This document shows positions 46,331 to 60,497 of a stretch of 64,000 nucleotides of DNA, piece after piece. A program made the translations under genes and the position numbers. The stretch is from assembly GCF_009914755.1 (NCBI RefSeq), contig NC_060930.1. One strand, given 5' to 3'. Every line of letters starts with the position of its first letter. Position 1 is the stretch's first letter. The stretch is from the human T2T-CHM13v2.0 reference genome, Homo sapiens. The notes beneath the pieces were generated by a model. That model saw only the letters and a program-made list of their open reading frames with translations. It had not been told where the DNA came from and did no database searches.

Positions 46331-47395
46331 TCCAACTTTCGATTCAGGGTTTCCAGTTTCAGGATTCCAGCAATCTGACTGCCTGGCCCTGAAGCCGACC
46401 ACTGACCTTGGTATTCTCACTAAAGGCCAGCATTCTGCTCTTCCCATTTGGAAAAGAGCTTTCAGGCAAATGCTTTGAAGTTCCACCTGCATTGTAAAGT
46501 AAGACAGGGATCAGCACAGTCAAATGGAGCAGAAATGCCAAAGAGAAAGAATGCGGTTGGAGAAAACACCAAGGGGATGTTTGACTGAGCTGTTTAAAGA
46601 GCACAACCTTGAGAGTCTAAAAGGAAGGGAGGGACAGTAAAGGATGAAGGTGAGTAGGAAAGCAAAGGATTGCCACGAGAAGCAGGTGCCATCTTGATGG
46701 CTGAGGCGGTTTTCTGACCCAACTCTAGTTGTCTTCATTATTCTCTTACCCCACAGGGAACTAGTCTCTGAATGAGGGCAGTGGAAACTTTCAGAGGAAG
46801 GCAACTGGAAACTGCTGGTTTAGGTGACATATGATAGAAGAAAGCATTTCCTTCCAGCAGCTTCTGAAACAAACACGGTTTCAGCCGTGTCGGCTTACTG
46901 CTCCTTCAAAGGAAAGCACTAGCTGCCCTACTGAGTTCTAAGCTTTCAGCATCTGTCTTTTCTTGCCCTTGGTAAACAGAGGAAGAAAGAAAAGGAAGCT
47001 GAGCATCCAGTTCTGCAAGTAGTGTTCCTATGATGATCTTTCTCAATCTGGTTTGGGCAGTCAACTTGCTTGCTCAACTTCCTCCTCTTGGCCTTTGCAT
47101 CTCAGTTTGAAACAAAAGCTATTTGGACTGTGCAGTTTTCCCCTCTATATGTGCATTAAAGCGTTTTAGGCAGCATCTAAGATATTTGAATAATATTCTG
47201 TGTTTAAGAAGGACCCCATAATCTACCCCATAATAAAACAGGTAAATTAGCATGGATTCTTCACATTGCCAAAGTAATTGCTTATATTAAAATTACCATA
47301 GGGTCACTTTAAGACTTACGGAAAACAGGTTTTCCTTTATTATTAGTTGACCCACTCCCTGACCAAACATAGTGTTTATTTTGAGATGATTATAG

Positions 47396-47770
<375 letters not shown>

Positions 47771-48556
47771 TAAAAATTAGATTTATATATTTTTATATAT
47801 TTTTTCTCTCAGTCTGAATTTGGCATCACATTTGGGTTTGGAGAAAAGATTGAGTCATAAGTTTAAGTTGGCAAGAATTTCATAGAGTGTAAAGAGAAGC
47901 TCCTGTCCTAAATTATATAGAGTTCAAATTGTTGGAGTTGCTTTTTCCTGAGGAAAAAAACAAATGATTAAGAGTAAAGACACTTACCCTTAATCATTTC
48001 ATGAAACTCTTGTAAATGTATTATCGCATGTTCTCTGTTCTTTCATCTGGGTCCTGCACATCTGTTCCTTGGTGATTCCTATCAGTGTCAGAGAGCATGT
48101 AGGCAAACTTTGTGTTATTTTCATCCCTTTCAGCAAATGAATCTTGATTATCTGATTTGTGTCAAGTACCATTCAAGAGACTTGCAAGGAGGGGTAAAGA
48201 ACATGTGCAAAGATTTATCAGACCTTGGAGCCTTCCTAGGAGTAAAAGCTTGGTAGGAGTGATGAACTGCCATGAAACTGCTCTTGCTGTGCGTCAATTC
48301 AATTTCCCTTGTGTTTTTAAAGTGCCCTCTGGGAATGGCAGCAGCTAATAGACCATGTGTTTAATGGAAAGAACCAGGGCTTGAGGGTCCAATAACAGCA
48401 GGCCTGATTCTCAGCCCCATCAAATATTAGCTGTAATCTTGGGCCAATTAACTCCAGTCCTGTGTCACTGAGAAATGCATCATTAGGTGATTTCATCATT
48501 GTGCAAACATCATAAAGTGTACTTACAAAACCTAGATGGTATAGCCTACTACACAC

Positions 48557-49031
48557 TCTTAACACTTTCACTAAAAAGGAGTCCCATTTAAAAGAGAAAG
48601 AGACTTCATTTCAGCAAGCAGTTTGCAAAGAAGGAGACACGCCTTTGGTATAAAACAAAGGTGCACTCCACCAGAGCAGAGAGGCTGTCATATATGGGGA
48701 ACGTTCCCACCCAAGTTCCCACTCCAGTCCACTATGCAAATGAATGATGCAAGCTTGTTCAGTTAAAATTGGTTGATGTTAAAACTGATCACCAGACTAA
48801 GTTCATTGGTCAGGTCCAGTTGGCAGAATGGAGCCTTCCAGTGGCAATTGATTCTGGAGGCACAAATGGGAACAGACAGCTTTGAAAGCCCCAAAGTTTA
48901 CCTACTGTTCAGCTGGCACAAGGTATGTGTGTAACCTTCAGTTAGCAATTGGCTCTCAGCTCCACTCAGAATTTAGACCCAGTTAGCCACTCAGGATCCA
49001 TCTCAAAGTGTTAGCTTTTTCAGGGTTCACA
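48557..49031 (-). mobile_element. ERV1-class solo LTR (MER31/MER67-like)
   Basis: 4-bp TSD ACAC at 48553-48556 and 49032-49035; minus strand begins TGTGAACCCTGAAA...GATGGATCCTGAGTGGCTAACTGG. Confidence 0.75.
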
Positions 49032-49568
49032 ACACCTGGGATATATGATATTGCTGTGGTATCTATGGTAAAACCCATTGCTCCTAGGCTACAAACCTGT
49101 ACAGCATGTTACTGTACTGAATACTGTCCACAATTGTGATACAATGGCAAGCAATTAGGTATCTAAACCTATCTAAATATATAAAAGGTACAGAAAAAAC
49201 ATAGTATAATAGATATAAATGGTACACCTGTATAGGGCACTTACCCTGAAGAGCTTGCACAACTGAACGTTTCTCTGGGTGAGTCAGTGAGTGAGTGGTG
49301 AGTGAATGAGAAGGTCTAGGACATTACTGTGCACTACTTTAGATTCTATAAACATGGTACATTTAGACTACACTAAATTTATTTTAAAATTTTTCTTTCT
49401 TCAATAATAAGTTGAAGTTAATCTTCACTTATGGTAACTTATTTATCTGATAAACTTTAAATTGTTTTAACTTTTGACTTAAAACATGTAGTTTAACACA
49501 CACTGTACAGCTGTTCAAAAATATTTTCTTTTTTCATATCCTTATCCTATAAGCCTTTATCTACTTAA

Positions 49569-49601
<33 letters not shown>

Positions 49602-49815
49602 TAAACTTTTTTGTTAAAAACTAAGACACACACACAGTAGCCTAAGCTTATTCAGGGTCAAGATCATCAATATCGCTGTCTTCCACCTCCACGTTTTGTC
49701 CCACTGGAAAGTCTTCAGGGGCAATAACATGCATGGAGCTGTCATCTCCTACGATAACAATGCCTTCTTCTGGAATTCCTCCTGAAGAACCCGTTTAAGG
49801 CTGTTCTACAGTCAG

Positions 49816-50133
<318 letters not shown>

Positions 50134-50569
50134 TACAGTTAATTTTTTTAATAAGTAGAAGTACATGCCAAAATACAGATAAAAAATATAAACCAGTAAC
50201 ATAGTCATTTATTATCATTATCAAGTATTGTGTATGCTACATAATTTTATGTGCTATAGTTTTAGGCAATGGGCAGTGCAGTACACGTTACTTTACACCA
50301 GCGTCACCACAGATCCGTAGGAAATGCACAGTGCTACAGTGTGAAGATGGCTAGGACACCACTAGGCTATAGAAATGTTTCAGCTCCGTTATAATCTTAT
50401 GGGGCCACCGTCATATACATGGTCTGCCTTTGACCACGTTATGCACATTATGTGGTGCATGAATGTATTCTAAACTCCAGTCTTCTCATCTGTAAAATAC
50501 AGGTAAAAATGTTTTACCTTATAGAGGTTTTACATGAATTAAACCAGGAAAGTTGAATCCAGTAAGTGC

Positions 50570-50790
50570 ACCTGGGGTCAGACTACTTAGGATTCAAATT
50601 CTGGCTCAACCATTTACTCGCTGTGTGACTCTGGGCAAGCTGCTTAATGTCTTCAAGTCTCAGTTTTCTCTCTCTCTATAATATTCATAAAAATCATTCT
50701 CTGTTTCTCTGGTGGTTGTGATGAGCAAATGAAATTAGAAAAGATTTCCATAGTGCCGGGAATGTAGTAAATGTTCAGATGCATGTTAGC
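50570..50790 (+). mobile_element. MIR
   Basis: GGATTCAAATTCTGGCTC..CATTTACTCGCTGTGTGACTCTGGGCAAG..CTCAGTTT. Confidence 0.75.
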
Positions 50791-51359
50791 TGTTGTTATT
50801 GAAAGCACCATGCACAATACATGTTATTTCCCGTTCTCTTAACTAGGTTGCAGATTAATAGATAATTGTGCTAAAAGTGCCCAAAGGCAGATTCTTCTCT
50901 TTACAAAGAATTCCTTTCTCTTTTCTTTTTCTCCTTTCAAGAATGTTCTGGTACACATTAGCAAAACACCTTGAGGCAGAGAATCCTAGAAAGCCTTTAA
51001 TACGTGTATTTCCTTCACCACTAAATTCTTGTGCTTTTAGAAAAAGCAGGCTCCTAAAAGGGGTCAGTTTGAGTAGGAGTCTAAGGTTGTAAATAAAGTA
51101 TAAAAGAAGAGACTTTGTCAGCCCAATTAAACATAGATCATTATTACTATTAATTAATATGTTCATTACAGTGTTTTCTATATATGCTTTTTTTAAAGTA
51201 TGTATCTAAAGATTGAATTTTATTCAAGGGATCATTGGGTAGGTGTTTCAAATTACAGAAAAATGTCCCTTTGGGTACTAATTAAATGTTTTCCTTTGGA
51301 ATAATGTTCAGAGTTCAGATGATGATTGCCATACATTTTTTGGTTGGGAGCATGGCCTT

Positions 51360-51602
51360 GCCCCTGCTCCTGACCCCAGACAGGCCCCCACACCTCCCAG
51401 CTTGCCTGGGCTCCTTCTGAGCCCCTGCTCCTGACCCCAGACAGGCCCCTACACCTCCCAGCTTGCCTGGACTCCTTCTGAGCCCCTGCTCCTGACCCCA
51501 GACAGGCCCCTACACCTCCCAGCTTGCCTGGGCTCCTTCTGAGCCCCTGTTCCTGACCCCAGACAGGCCCCTACACCTCCCAGCTTGCCTGGGCTCCTTC
51601 TG
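51360..51602. repeat. 61-bp minisatellite (VNTR), 4 copies
   Basis: Unit GCCCCTGCTCCTGACCCCAGACAGGCCCCTACACCTCCCAGCTTGCCTGGGCTCCTTCTGA starts at 51360, 51421, 51482 and 51543, with only 3 internal substitutions in total. Confidence 0.97.
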
Positions 51603-51899
51603 GGTTCATAGGGGATTCCTCAACATTCTCACTTTGTCCAATACAGCCACCACTCATGTGGGAGCTTTTGTGCGCTCAGCAAACACATCTTGCTCCCAGT
51701 GCATCGGAGCACTCCAGATCGCTGCGCAATTCTGATGCTCACCGTGTTAAGACAAGACAGACAGGTTTATGATTTTCACTAGAACAACTCTTGCAGAGTT
51801 TTACTATTTTTCATATAACAACTCTGCCACTTTTCCTTTTCGTATGGTGACTTTCTCATGCCAGGACACACTAAATGAATACATTTATAAAGGTGGTAT

Positions 51900-52113
51900 T
51901 GTATGGTTACCAGGGGTTGCATGTTGGGGTAATCGGGTGTTATTATTTAACAGCTAAAAAGTTTCTGATTGAGATAATGAAAACATTCTGGAAATGGATA
52001 GTGGTGATGGTTACACAACACTGGGAATTCACTTAATGCTCATGAACTACACTCTTAAAAATGATCAAAATGGTAAATTTTATGCTATGCATATTTTACC
52101 ACAATTTTTTAAA
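51900..52113 (+). mobile_element. L1MB 3' UTR fragment
   Basis: TTCTGGAAATGGATAGTGGTGATGGTTACACAAC...TATTTTACCACAAT. Confidence 0.8.
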
Positions 52114-53129
52114 GTAACATTTTGACATTATGGTTTCATCAGTTTAAACAGACTTCTAGGCAGGGGGTATCCGACGGCCCGAGTCTTGATCACTTGCCAT
52201 TTGGAATGGAAGCCCATAATAAAAATGCTGCCTTCCAGAGACTGCAGGGACCTTACCCATGTGACCAGAATGCTGTGCTTCCTCATTAGCCTATTAATTA
52301 ATTGCATAGAATTTGATGCTTGGACAGTACTTGAAGGTTTGCTATTTTTGGAAGCTCTACACATCTTCCTTTCAGTGTCATCTACCCTTTTCAACAGCAT
52401 CCGTAAATCCAGTTTCCAGCCCAAGTGTTGATGCATCTCATCATATGTTGTAAATGCCATAAATGGAGGAAGCAAGTGTCTCTCAGGAAAACACTCAGCA
52501 CCTAGGGAGCTGACTACATGGAGTGGAACACACAGGAACTTTTCCCATTAAAAATAATGGAAACAGCTGCCATTGAGCAATGTTTCACTTAGGAGCAGAG
52601 TTTTCAAGAATGACTTACTTGTCAAGTGAAGGGTAGGGGTAAAAGTCACACTTTCCCACTCCTGGTGAGTCAATTCTTGGCCTCTCCATCCCAGTCAATG
52701 TGAGATTTTTAACTGGCACTATCCAATCCTGGGATTTGTTGGGACATTTATATTTTAAAAGCAACTAATCCTCACGGAAAAGCATAAACACATTTTAAAG
52801 GTTCTGATGTTTGAATAATATTAGTACAATAATCTCCTGAGACTAGAATGGATTATTTGCTATTCTTCAGAGGGGGTGACTGTATAAAAATGAGGAAAGA
52901 TGACCTTTTATACCTTAGCATGATTGCAGGAAGAATCGTGCCTTTGGAATGGAGATTGTCTTCTCTCCCTCTCACTCTCCAAGCTTCTTTCTTCTCTCTT
53001 TCCTCTGTCTTTGAGTATTTACCTCTGCCTCTTTTTCTGTCTTTCTCACATAGGCACAGTGCTATAATAATTGTACTTTGTATTTGTCTAGTATTATCCA
53101 TTATTTTCCATTATTATCCATTATTATTC

Positions 53130-53310
53130 CATTTCATCCTTGAAATATCCCTGTAAGAGGATAATTAGGGCAAATATTATTATCATTGCCATTTTATAGA
53201 TTTTTAGAAATGAGAAGATACATAAGGGTTAAGTGACACATCGCAAGGTATGGGAAGATCCAGCCCTGAAACCCATGCCTTGTGACTTGGGTCTAATACT
53301 GCTTCTACAG
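53130..53310 (-). mobile_element. MIR
   Basis: CCATTTTATAGAT...GGTTAAGTGAC...TGAAACCCA. Confidence 0.6.
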
Positions 53311-53617
53311 CTGCAGCCATTTCTGGGGATCATACAGTCCTTGAAGGGAATATAGCACTACCAGACATATGTCACTACCCAGTGACGGACAAGTGGCAGG
53401 TGTGGTCCTTAGTAGAGTTCATCATCAAGTTCTTCTGAATATGCTCCCTGGAGCTGTCATCCTGCCTGCTGAGCAGCCTCTGTCCATTCAACCACCCATC
53501 CATCCATCCAGAATAAAGAAAATGAAGGAGATGCTCAGTTGGAGGAGGTCAAGAGATACATCTGCCCTCTGGATCCTGGAGACTGCAATGCTAAGCGCTT
53601 CTTAAAGTCAAAATTGA

Positions 53618-54031
<414 letters not shown>

Positions 54032-54521
54032 TAAAATTATTTTTCAAAAGATAAATTCAGTTGTCATACTGAATTTTTATCCAGTTAATTCTAGCTATGC
54101 AGATACTGGATTTGGGTAACTTAATTTAAAAATATGTTTCCATTTCCCTTCTCCCTCAAAGGATTGACTTAGTTATGTAAATATGCAAAAGATTAGCAAA
54201 AACACCTTAATATTTTGGTTAATTGATATCTGTCATGCTGGATTGCCATAATTTAAGAACTCTTCACCAGTTTCTTAAATCGTCTGTATTTTCCCTTTTT
54301 ATTATATTTTAAAAAAATCTCTCTCTTAAAAGCCTAAAAAAAACCTTTCAATGTGCACAAAAAAACAGTTTCTAGTTTTTATTCTCCATTGCTATTTGCA
54401 ATTACTCAGAGAGGAAAAGTATTTTGGAAAAAAACTCACCCAGAATCAGGTGACAACTCACATTCTCTTTCTTAGATGTCTAACAGTAACAAGCAAAAGC
54501 CAATTCAAAGATAGATCTTTG

Positions 54522-54540
54522 GGGCACCCTCTGGTGGCTG
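54522..54540 (-). promoter_or_regulatory. Candidate CTCF binding site
   Basis: Minus strand CAGCCACCAGAGGGTGCCC matches the core CCASYAGRKGGCRC at 13 of 14 positions, in non-repeat sequence. Confidence 0.55.
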
Positions 54541-54824
54541 AAAAGAGTCATGAAATCAGTGCCCATGTGTATCAAAAGGCCAGTAATCTTTGCGACTTAT
54601 TTTAAAGGGCCATCACCAACTTTTCCATACAACATTGAAAATGTAGCCAGATCAGGAATGTGGGAAGGACTGAAAAGAATTTGGAACCACGAGAACTGGA
54701 CTTGAGTCAGAGCTCTCATCTATTAGCTATGTGAACCTGCATTTGGTTGGCAGGTCAGTTTCCACAGAGCTGACGCCGAATCTGGAATTTCTCACTAGAG
54801 ATAAGAGGCAGTGTCAAAACTAGA

Positions 54825-55095
54825 GGAGTATATGATTCCATTTATCTGATATGCCCAGAAAAGGTAACTCTATAGAAGGTAGATCAGTGATTGCCTGGGG
54901 CTGGGGAGGGCATGGGGATTAACTGTAAATGGGCATGAAGGACTTTATTGGGGTGACAAAAATGTTCTAAAACCAGACTGTACCTGTTGCACAACTGAGT
55001 AAATTTTGTAAAACATCACTGCAGTATGGATTTTAAAGGCGTGAATTTTATGGTATGGTATGTAAATTATACCTCAGTAAAGTTATTTTTTTTTT
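54825..55095 (+). mobile_element. L1M 3' UTR fragment
   Basis: TATGATTCCATTTAT...GTAGATCAGTGATTGCCTGGGG...AAATTATACCTCAGTAAAG. Confidence 0.75.
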
Positions 55096-55559
55096 AAGCC
55101 AGGAGGGAAAAGCAGAGTGGATAACCCCTAGAGACATCTTGGTACAGAGCCAGGAAACCTGTAGCCAGCAATTGTGTGGGAGGAAAGGAAACTGTGGGGT
55201 AAGGTAGGGGTGAGCAGGAAGAATGCCTAGAAGAGGTGCTGACTTTTGGAACTTCATTTTGCACACAGGTGTGCCCTTAGCTCACACCTCAGTGGGTTGC
55301 CTGAGGTTAGCATGCTAGAGGCTGAAAGAAACCCCCTCCCAACTCAGCCTCCCATGGCAGGTATTTAGGGGCATTTCTGACGGAGTAAGACTATTAAAGC
55401 AGCCAACTAGATGCAATTCCATCAAAATGACCATTTTGAAATGTAAAACCAATGTTTTATTTATTACTTTTCTCAGTAACAGGTAACTCAGTGTGGTTTG
55501 AGAACTAGATGAGATTAAGAAGTGCACTGATGAGAGAATGTCTATTTTTTACACTGTTT

Positions 55560-56690
<1,131 letters not shown>

Positions 56691-56739
56691 TATATATGGC
56701 GTGTATGTGTGTGCGTGTGTGTGCGTGCATGGAGGGTAG

Positions 56740-57116
56740 GGTAGATGAAACATACCCAGATCTCCCTTCAAAGAAGGACATTTTGCCCCAGCTGTCCCTT
56801 CAAGGACTGCCTCAGCTGCAGAGTCACCTCTCCTGAGCAGGTAGGGTGGGCACATCCTGATGGAGGTAGGAGTATAAGGCCAGGCCACTTCAGCCCAACA
56901 CAGAACAACTCTGATGCGCCATTTACACTGTACAGTCCTCGTGGGGAAGGCTAAGTCTGTTGTCACGCCTATGATTAGCTGGAGTTCTCGCTCCATCCAA
57001 TTTTGTTTTATTTCTCTTCTTTCCATAGGTGTTAACCCCAAGGACAATTCTTCAACGAGATGCTATACAGCAAACTCTGTCTCAGAATCTGTTTCCCAGA
57101 AAATCCAACCAGCAAT
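56740..57116 (+). mobile_element. ERVL solo LTR (LTR16-like)
   Basis: CCCAGATCTCCCTTCA...CTCTGTCTCAGAATCTGTTTCCCAGAAAATCCAACC. Confidence 0.6.
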
Positions 57117-57968
57117 TTTTATGCCTATGCAATGAACAATTCTGGGGGAAAAATACCCATCAAGTATTTTGTATTGGATGGCTTTTATTTTATTTTATTT
57201 AGGCACCGGTGCAAAATTTCTGGCACTGTCAGGTTCTTTCAAAGTGGGTATTTGTTAGTTTTGTTATCAGATAAAAATATTAAAGCAGTTTTTATTTGGG
57301 AAAATAAAAATCCAGTGGTTTGGTTTTAGTCTGGTCAAAATAGCTACCTCAAAGTCTGTATCAAAATGGCAGCATCTGACCCATCTAGCGTGCATCCTTC
57401 TTAACGGGAAGGTAAGCTTTGCAAACACCCCTCTTGTTCATACCCTTCCCACTACTCTAGGCATTCAACCTTGTGGAAGTTTTGGTACTTCTTCTACAAG
57501 GTTGTTGGAGCGTTGTTGAGGTTGACTGTGAAGTGTAAGATGAAGAGCAATTTTGTGGGGACTGTGAGGAACCACTAAAGTTGGTGTGCAGCACCTGGAT
57601 GGAAATAGATGGGAGCAGATGCTACATGCTGATAAATCTCAAACTTTGAGTAGTTCTAGGTACTCTCTCCTTTTTCATCATGAATAGGTGGAACACATGT
57701 GTTAGGAGGAAAGCCAAATGCTGTTTGCCACCCAGATTCCTTAGCTTAGATCCTTGAATTGTTTAGCAAAAGCCTTATACTGCCTGTACCAGAAGGATCT
57801 GTCTTTTACTTCCCCTTTGAGTGTTCTGTAGCTTTTCCAGATTTCAGCTACATCTCGCGGTCGCGTTCTGAGATGTAGGGGAAACTGTAGGGTTAAAAGC
57901 CATTCCTACTGAGAACAAATTATTTTTTGGCCAACATAATCTTGGGGAATATTGAATTAGCTGTAATT

Positions 57969-58385
57969 TGTAGCAGAGTCTATGAGTTATTCCCAAAATC
58001 CATCCTCCCCTTCTTCATTTAGTAAATACAAAACACAAGCTTTTGGTGGCACATGGCCATCCAGCTAAAGACCACATTTCCCAGCCTCCCTGGCAGCTAG
58101 ATGTGATTAAATGATATATTCTATGAGCAGAATTGAAGTTCCAGGCTACTTCCTTAAAGGAAGTACCTTTCTCTCTCCCCCTACTCCCTTGCTAGTTGGC
58201 ATACAGACCCAGCAGATGTGGTGGTGAGTTATTTGTGCAGAACACCCTAAGGGATGAATGGGCAACAAGACAGAAGGAACCTGGATCCCCATCACCGTGG
58301 AACCACCATAGCATCCCTTGGCTACTTACACTTGAACCGTTACATAAAAGAGAAACAAACTGCTTTCTTGTTTAGGCCACTAAAT
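57969..58385 (+). mobile_element. MaLR LTR (MLT1J/K-like)
   Basis: ACCACATTTCCCAGCCTCCCTGGCAGCTAG and TTCTTGTTTAGGCCACT. Confidence 0.65.
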
Positions 58386-59045
58386 TCTGGGAAGGGGGAA
58401 GTGCAAAATAATCATTGTTTTATATTATACTCTTACAACTCTATTATAGTGTTTATTATACTCATGTAATTATTTGTTTACTTGTCTGTCTAGCTCTCTA
58501 GAATATTTCTTTCTTTCTGAACTACGAGCAGATAGAAGGCATTCCTTAAGTGTTTTTAAAACGTATAAGTCATTGAATGGTGGGAAAATTTGCAAAAAAG
58601 GGAAGCTAGGGAACTAAATACAAATTTCAATTTCACAATTTGGTATAGCTAAAGTTTCCCTTGGCCTCTCTAGCCTCAGGGTGGGGAATGACTAGATTCC
58701 TATGAACAATACATCAGGACAATGATGAATGCACACGGATTCCCAGCTTTCCCTTCCCATAACCCCAGAGGAAAATTCTGGTGCTTCTTGCTCAGCGTTC
58801 TGTGCCACTTCACCCCCATCCTGATCTTAACTCACAGTCATCTTTCAGATCAGGTTCATTGTGGAAGGTCTGTGTCAGAAAAGGCAGGGAAAGGAAACAG
58901 GAATGGTGGGTGGGGGTGGATCCTGAGGAAGCTACAGGGCATGAGAGAGTGGGAGCCTGGAGGAAGAGGGACTGGAGATTATAAACCATATTTCCATTTG
59001 AATGTCACTCGAGAGATACAGGTAAAGACTCAAATTAATTTGCCC

Positions 59046-59362
59046 TTTTTTGTTTTCTTTTATTTATTTATTTTTTTGAGATGGAGTCTCTCTCTGTCAC
59101 CCAGGCTGGAGTGCAGTGGCGTGATCTCGGCTCACTACAATCTCTCTGCCTCCTGCATTCAACCGATTCTCCTGCTTCAGCCTCCTGAACAGTTGGGATG
59201 ACATGTGTACACCACCACATCTGGCTAATTTTTGTGTTTTTAATAGAGACGGGGGTTTTGCCATATTGGCCAGGCTAGTCTACAAATCCTGACCTCAAGT
59301 GATCCTCCCACCTCAGCCTCCCAAAGTGCTGGGATTACAGGTGTGAGCCACTGCACCCAGCC
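59046..59362 (-). mobile_element. AluS
   Basis: Flanks TAATTTGC. Confidence 0.92.
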
Positions 59363-59879
59363 TAATTTGCTTTTGATTTTTGGTCTGTGTTCTCTGAAAG
59401 TGACATCATAGAAAAAGATTGGGCAAGGGGACGCTGTCACTTTTTTTCTTTCTACAGCATTAATTGCTAAAGTTTCACTGGATTTTAACCCACCTCTTTG
59501 GGAAAGGGTTCAGCCCCTTCCCCAGTTCACAAATTACATGTGCAAGTCCCTGGAGGTTGTTTCTCTGTGGAAAGGAATTCTGACTCTCACTGTGATGCTG
59601 GCTGCTTGTGAAGTCACAGAAAGGCCACCCCACGCCTCCATAACCATCACTGGTGTCCTGCGGAGGCTGATGTCTCTGCCCAAAGCATGGTCTTCCCAGG
59701 CACCAAAAACCTTCTATCCCAAGTATTGTTTTTTTCTAGAATCTTAACTCTGCCAGAGTCATGCTATGATCCTCACAGAAGTGGAAGAATATTCTTTTTC
59801 TCCATCCCTGACCTTGCATTGATTTCACCTGCTGCATTCAACCCCTTTCTCCAGAGAGTGCAGACATGAGTCTATAGCC

Positions 59880-60083
59880 CAGGGTTGGCAAACTGCCCAG
59901 GGGCAGATTGTAAATATTTTAGGCTTTACAGGTCACACGACATCTCTATCTCATATTATTCTTTGTTGTTTTTTCTTCTTCACAAACTTTAAAAAGTACA
60001 AAAACTATTACTAACTTGCAGACAGTACAAAAACAGGCCCTGAGCTTGATTTGGCCCTGTGAACCATAGTTTGCAGACCCCTG
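59880..60083. mobile_element. hAT-Charlie element (MER58-like)
   Basis: TIRs CAGGGTTGGCAAACT...AGTTTGCAGACCCCTG. Confidence 0.8.
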
Positions 60084-60185
60084 GTCTCCAGGAATTGCCC
60101 AAGGAACTGGTATCTGTGATATAAGTCTTCCTCATATTAATTTTTCTCTCAAATGCATATAAAAAAGTTTAAAATAAAGATTTCC

Positions 60186-60497
60186 AGCCGGGCGTGGTGT
60201 CTCTCATGCCTGTAATTCCAGCACTTTGGGAGGCCGAGGTAGGTGGATCACCTGAGATCAGGTGTTCGAAACCAGCCTGGACAACATGGTGAAACTCCAT
60301 CTCTACTAAAAATACAAAAATAGTCAGATAAGGTGGGACGCGCCTGTAACTTGAGAGGCTGAGACAGGAGAACTGCTTGAACCCGGGAAGCACAGGTTGT
60401 AGTGAGCAGAGATCGCGCCACTGCGCTCCAGCCTGGGCGACAGAGCAAGACTCTGTCTCAAAAAAAATAAAATAAAATAAAATAAAAATAAATAAAA
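60186..60497 (+). mobile_element. AluS with a (TAAAA)n tail and a small right-arm deletion
   Basis: TSD-like AATAAA(A)GATTT. Confidence 0.92.

Noticed and set aside
51360-51602. Regularly spaced repeats as a CRISPR array
   Set aside because: The units are head-to-tail with no unique spacers, there are no cas genes, and the context is eukaryotic.
53092-53133. About four copies of TTATTATCCA
   Set aside because: It is a short degenerate low-complexity repeat with nothing suggesting function.
54897-54917. G4 motif GGGGCTGGGGAGGGCATGGGG
   Set aside because: It is the ordinary G-rich tract of an L1 3' UTR.
57405-57420. Strong splice-donor-like AAG/GTAAGC and other isolated splice-like motifs
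   Set aside because: Such motifs occur often by chance, and no coherent exon chain can be built without transcript data.
58722-59201. 159-aa ORF
   Set aside because: The C-terminus runs into an Alu and the rest shows no recognisable domain.
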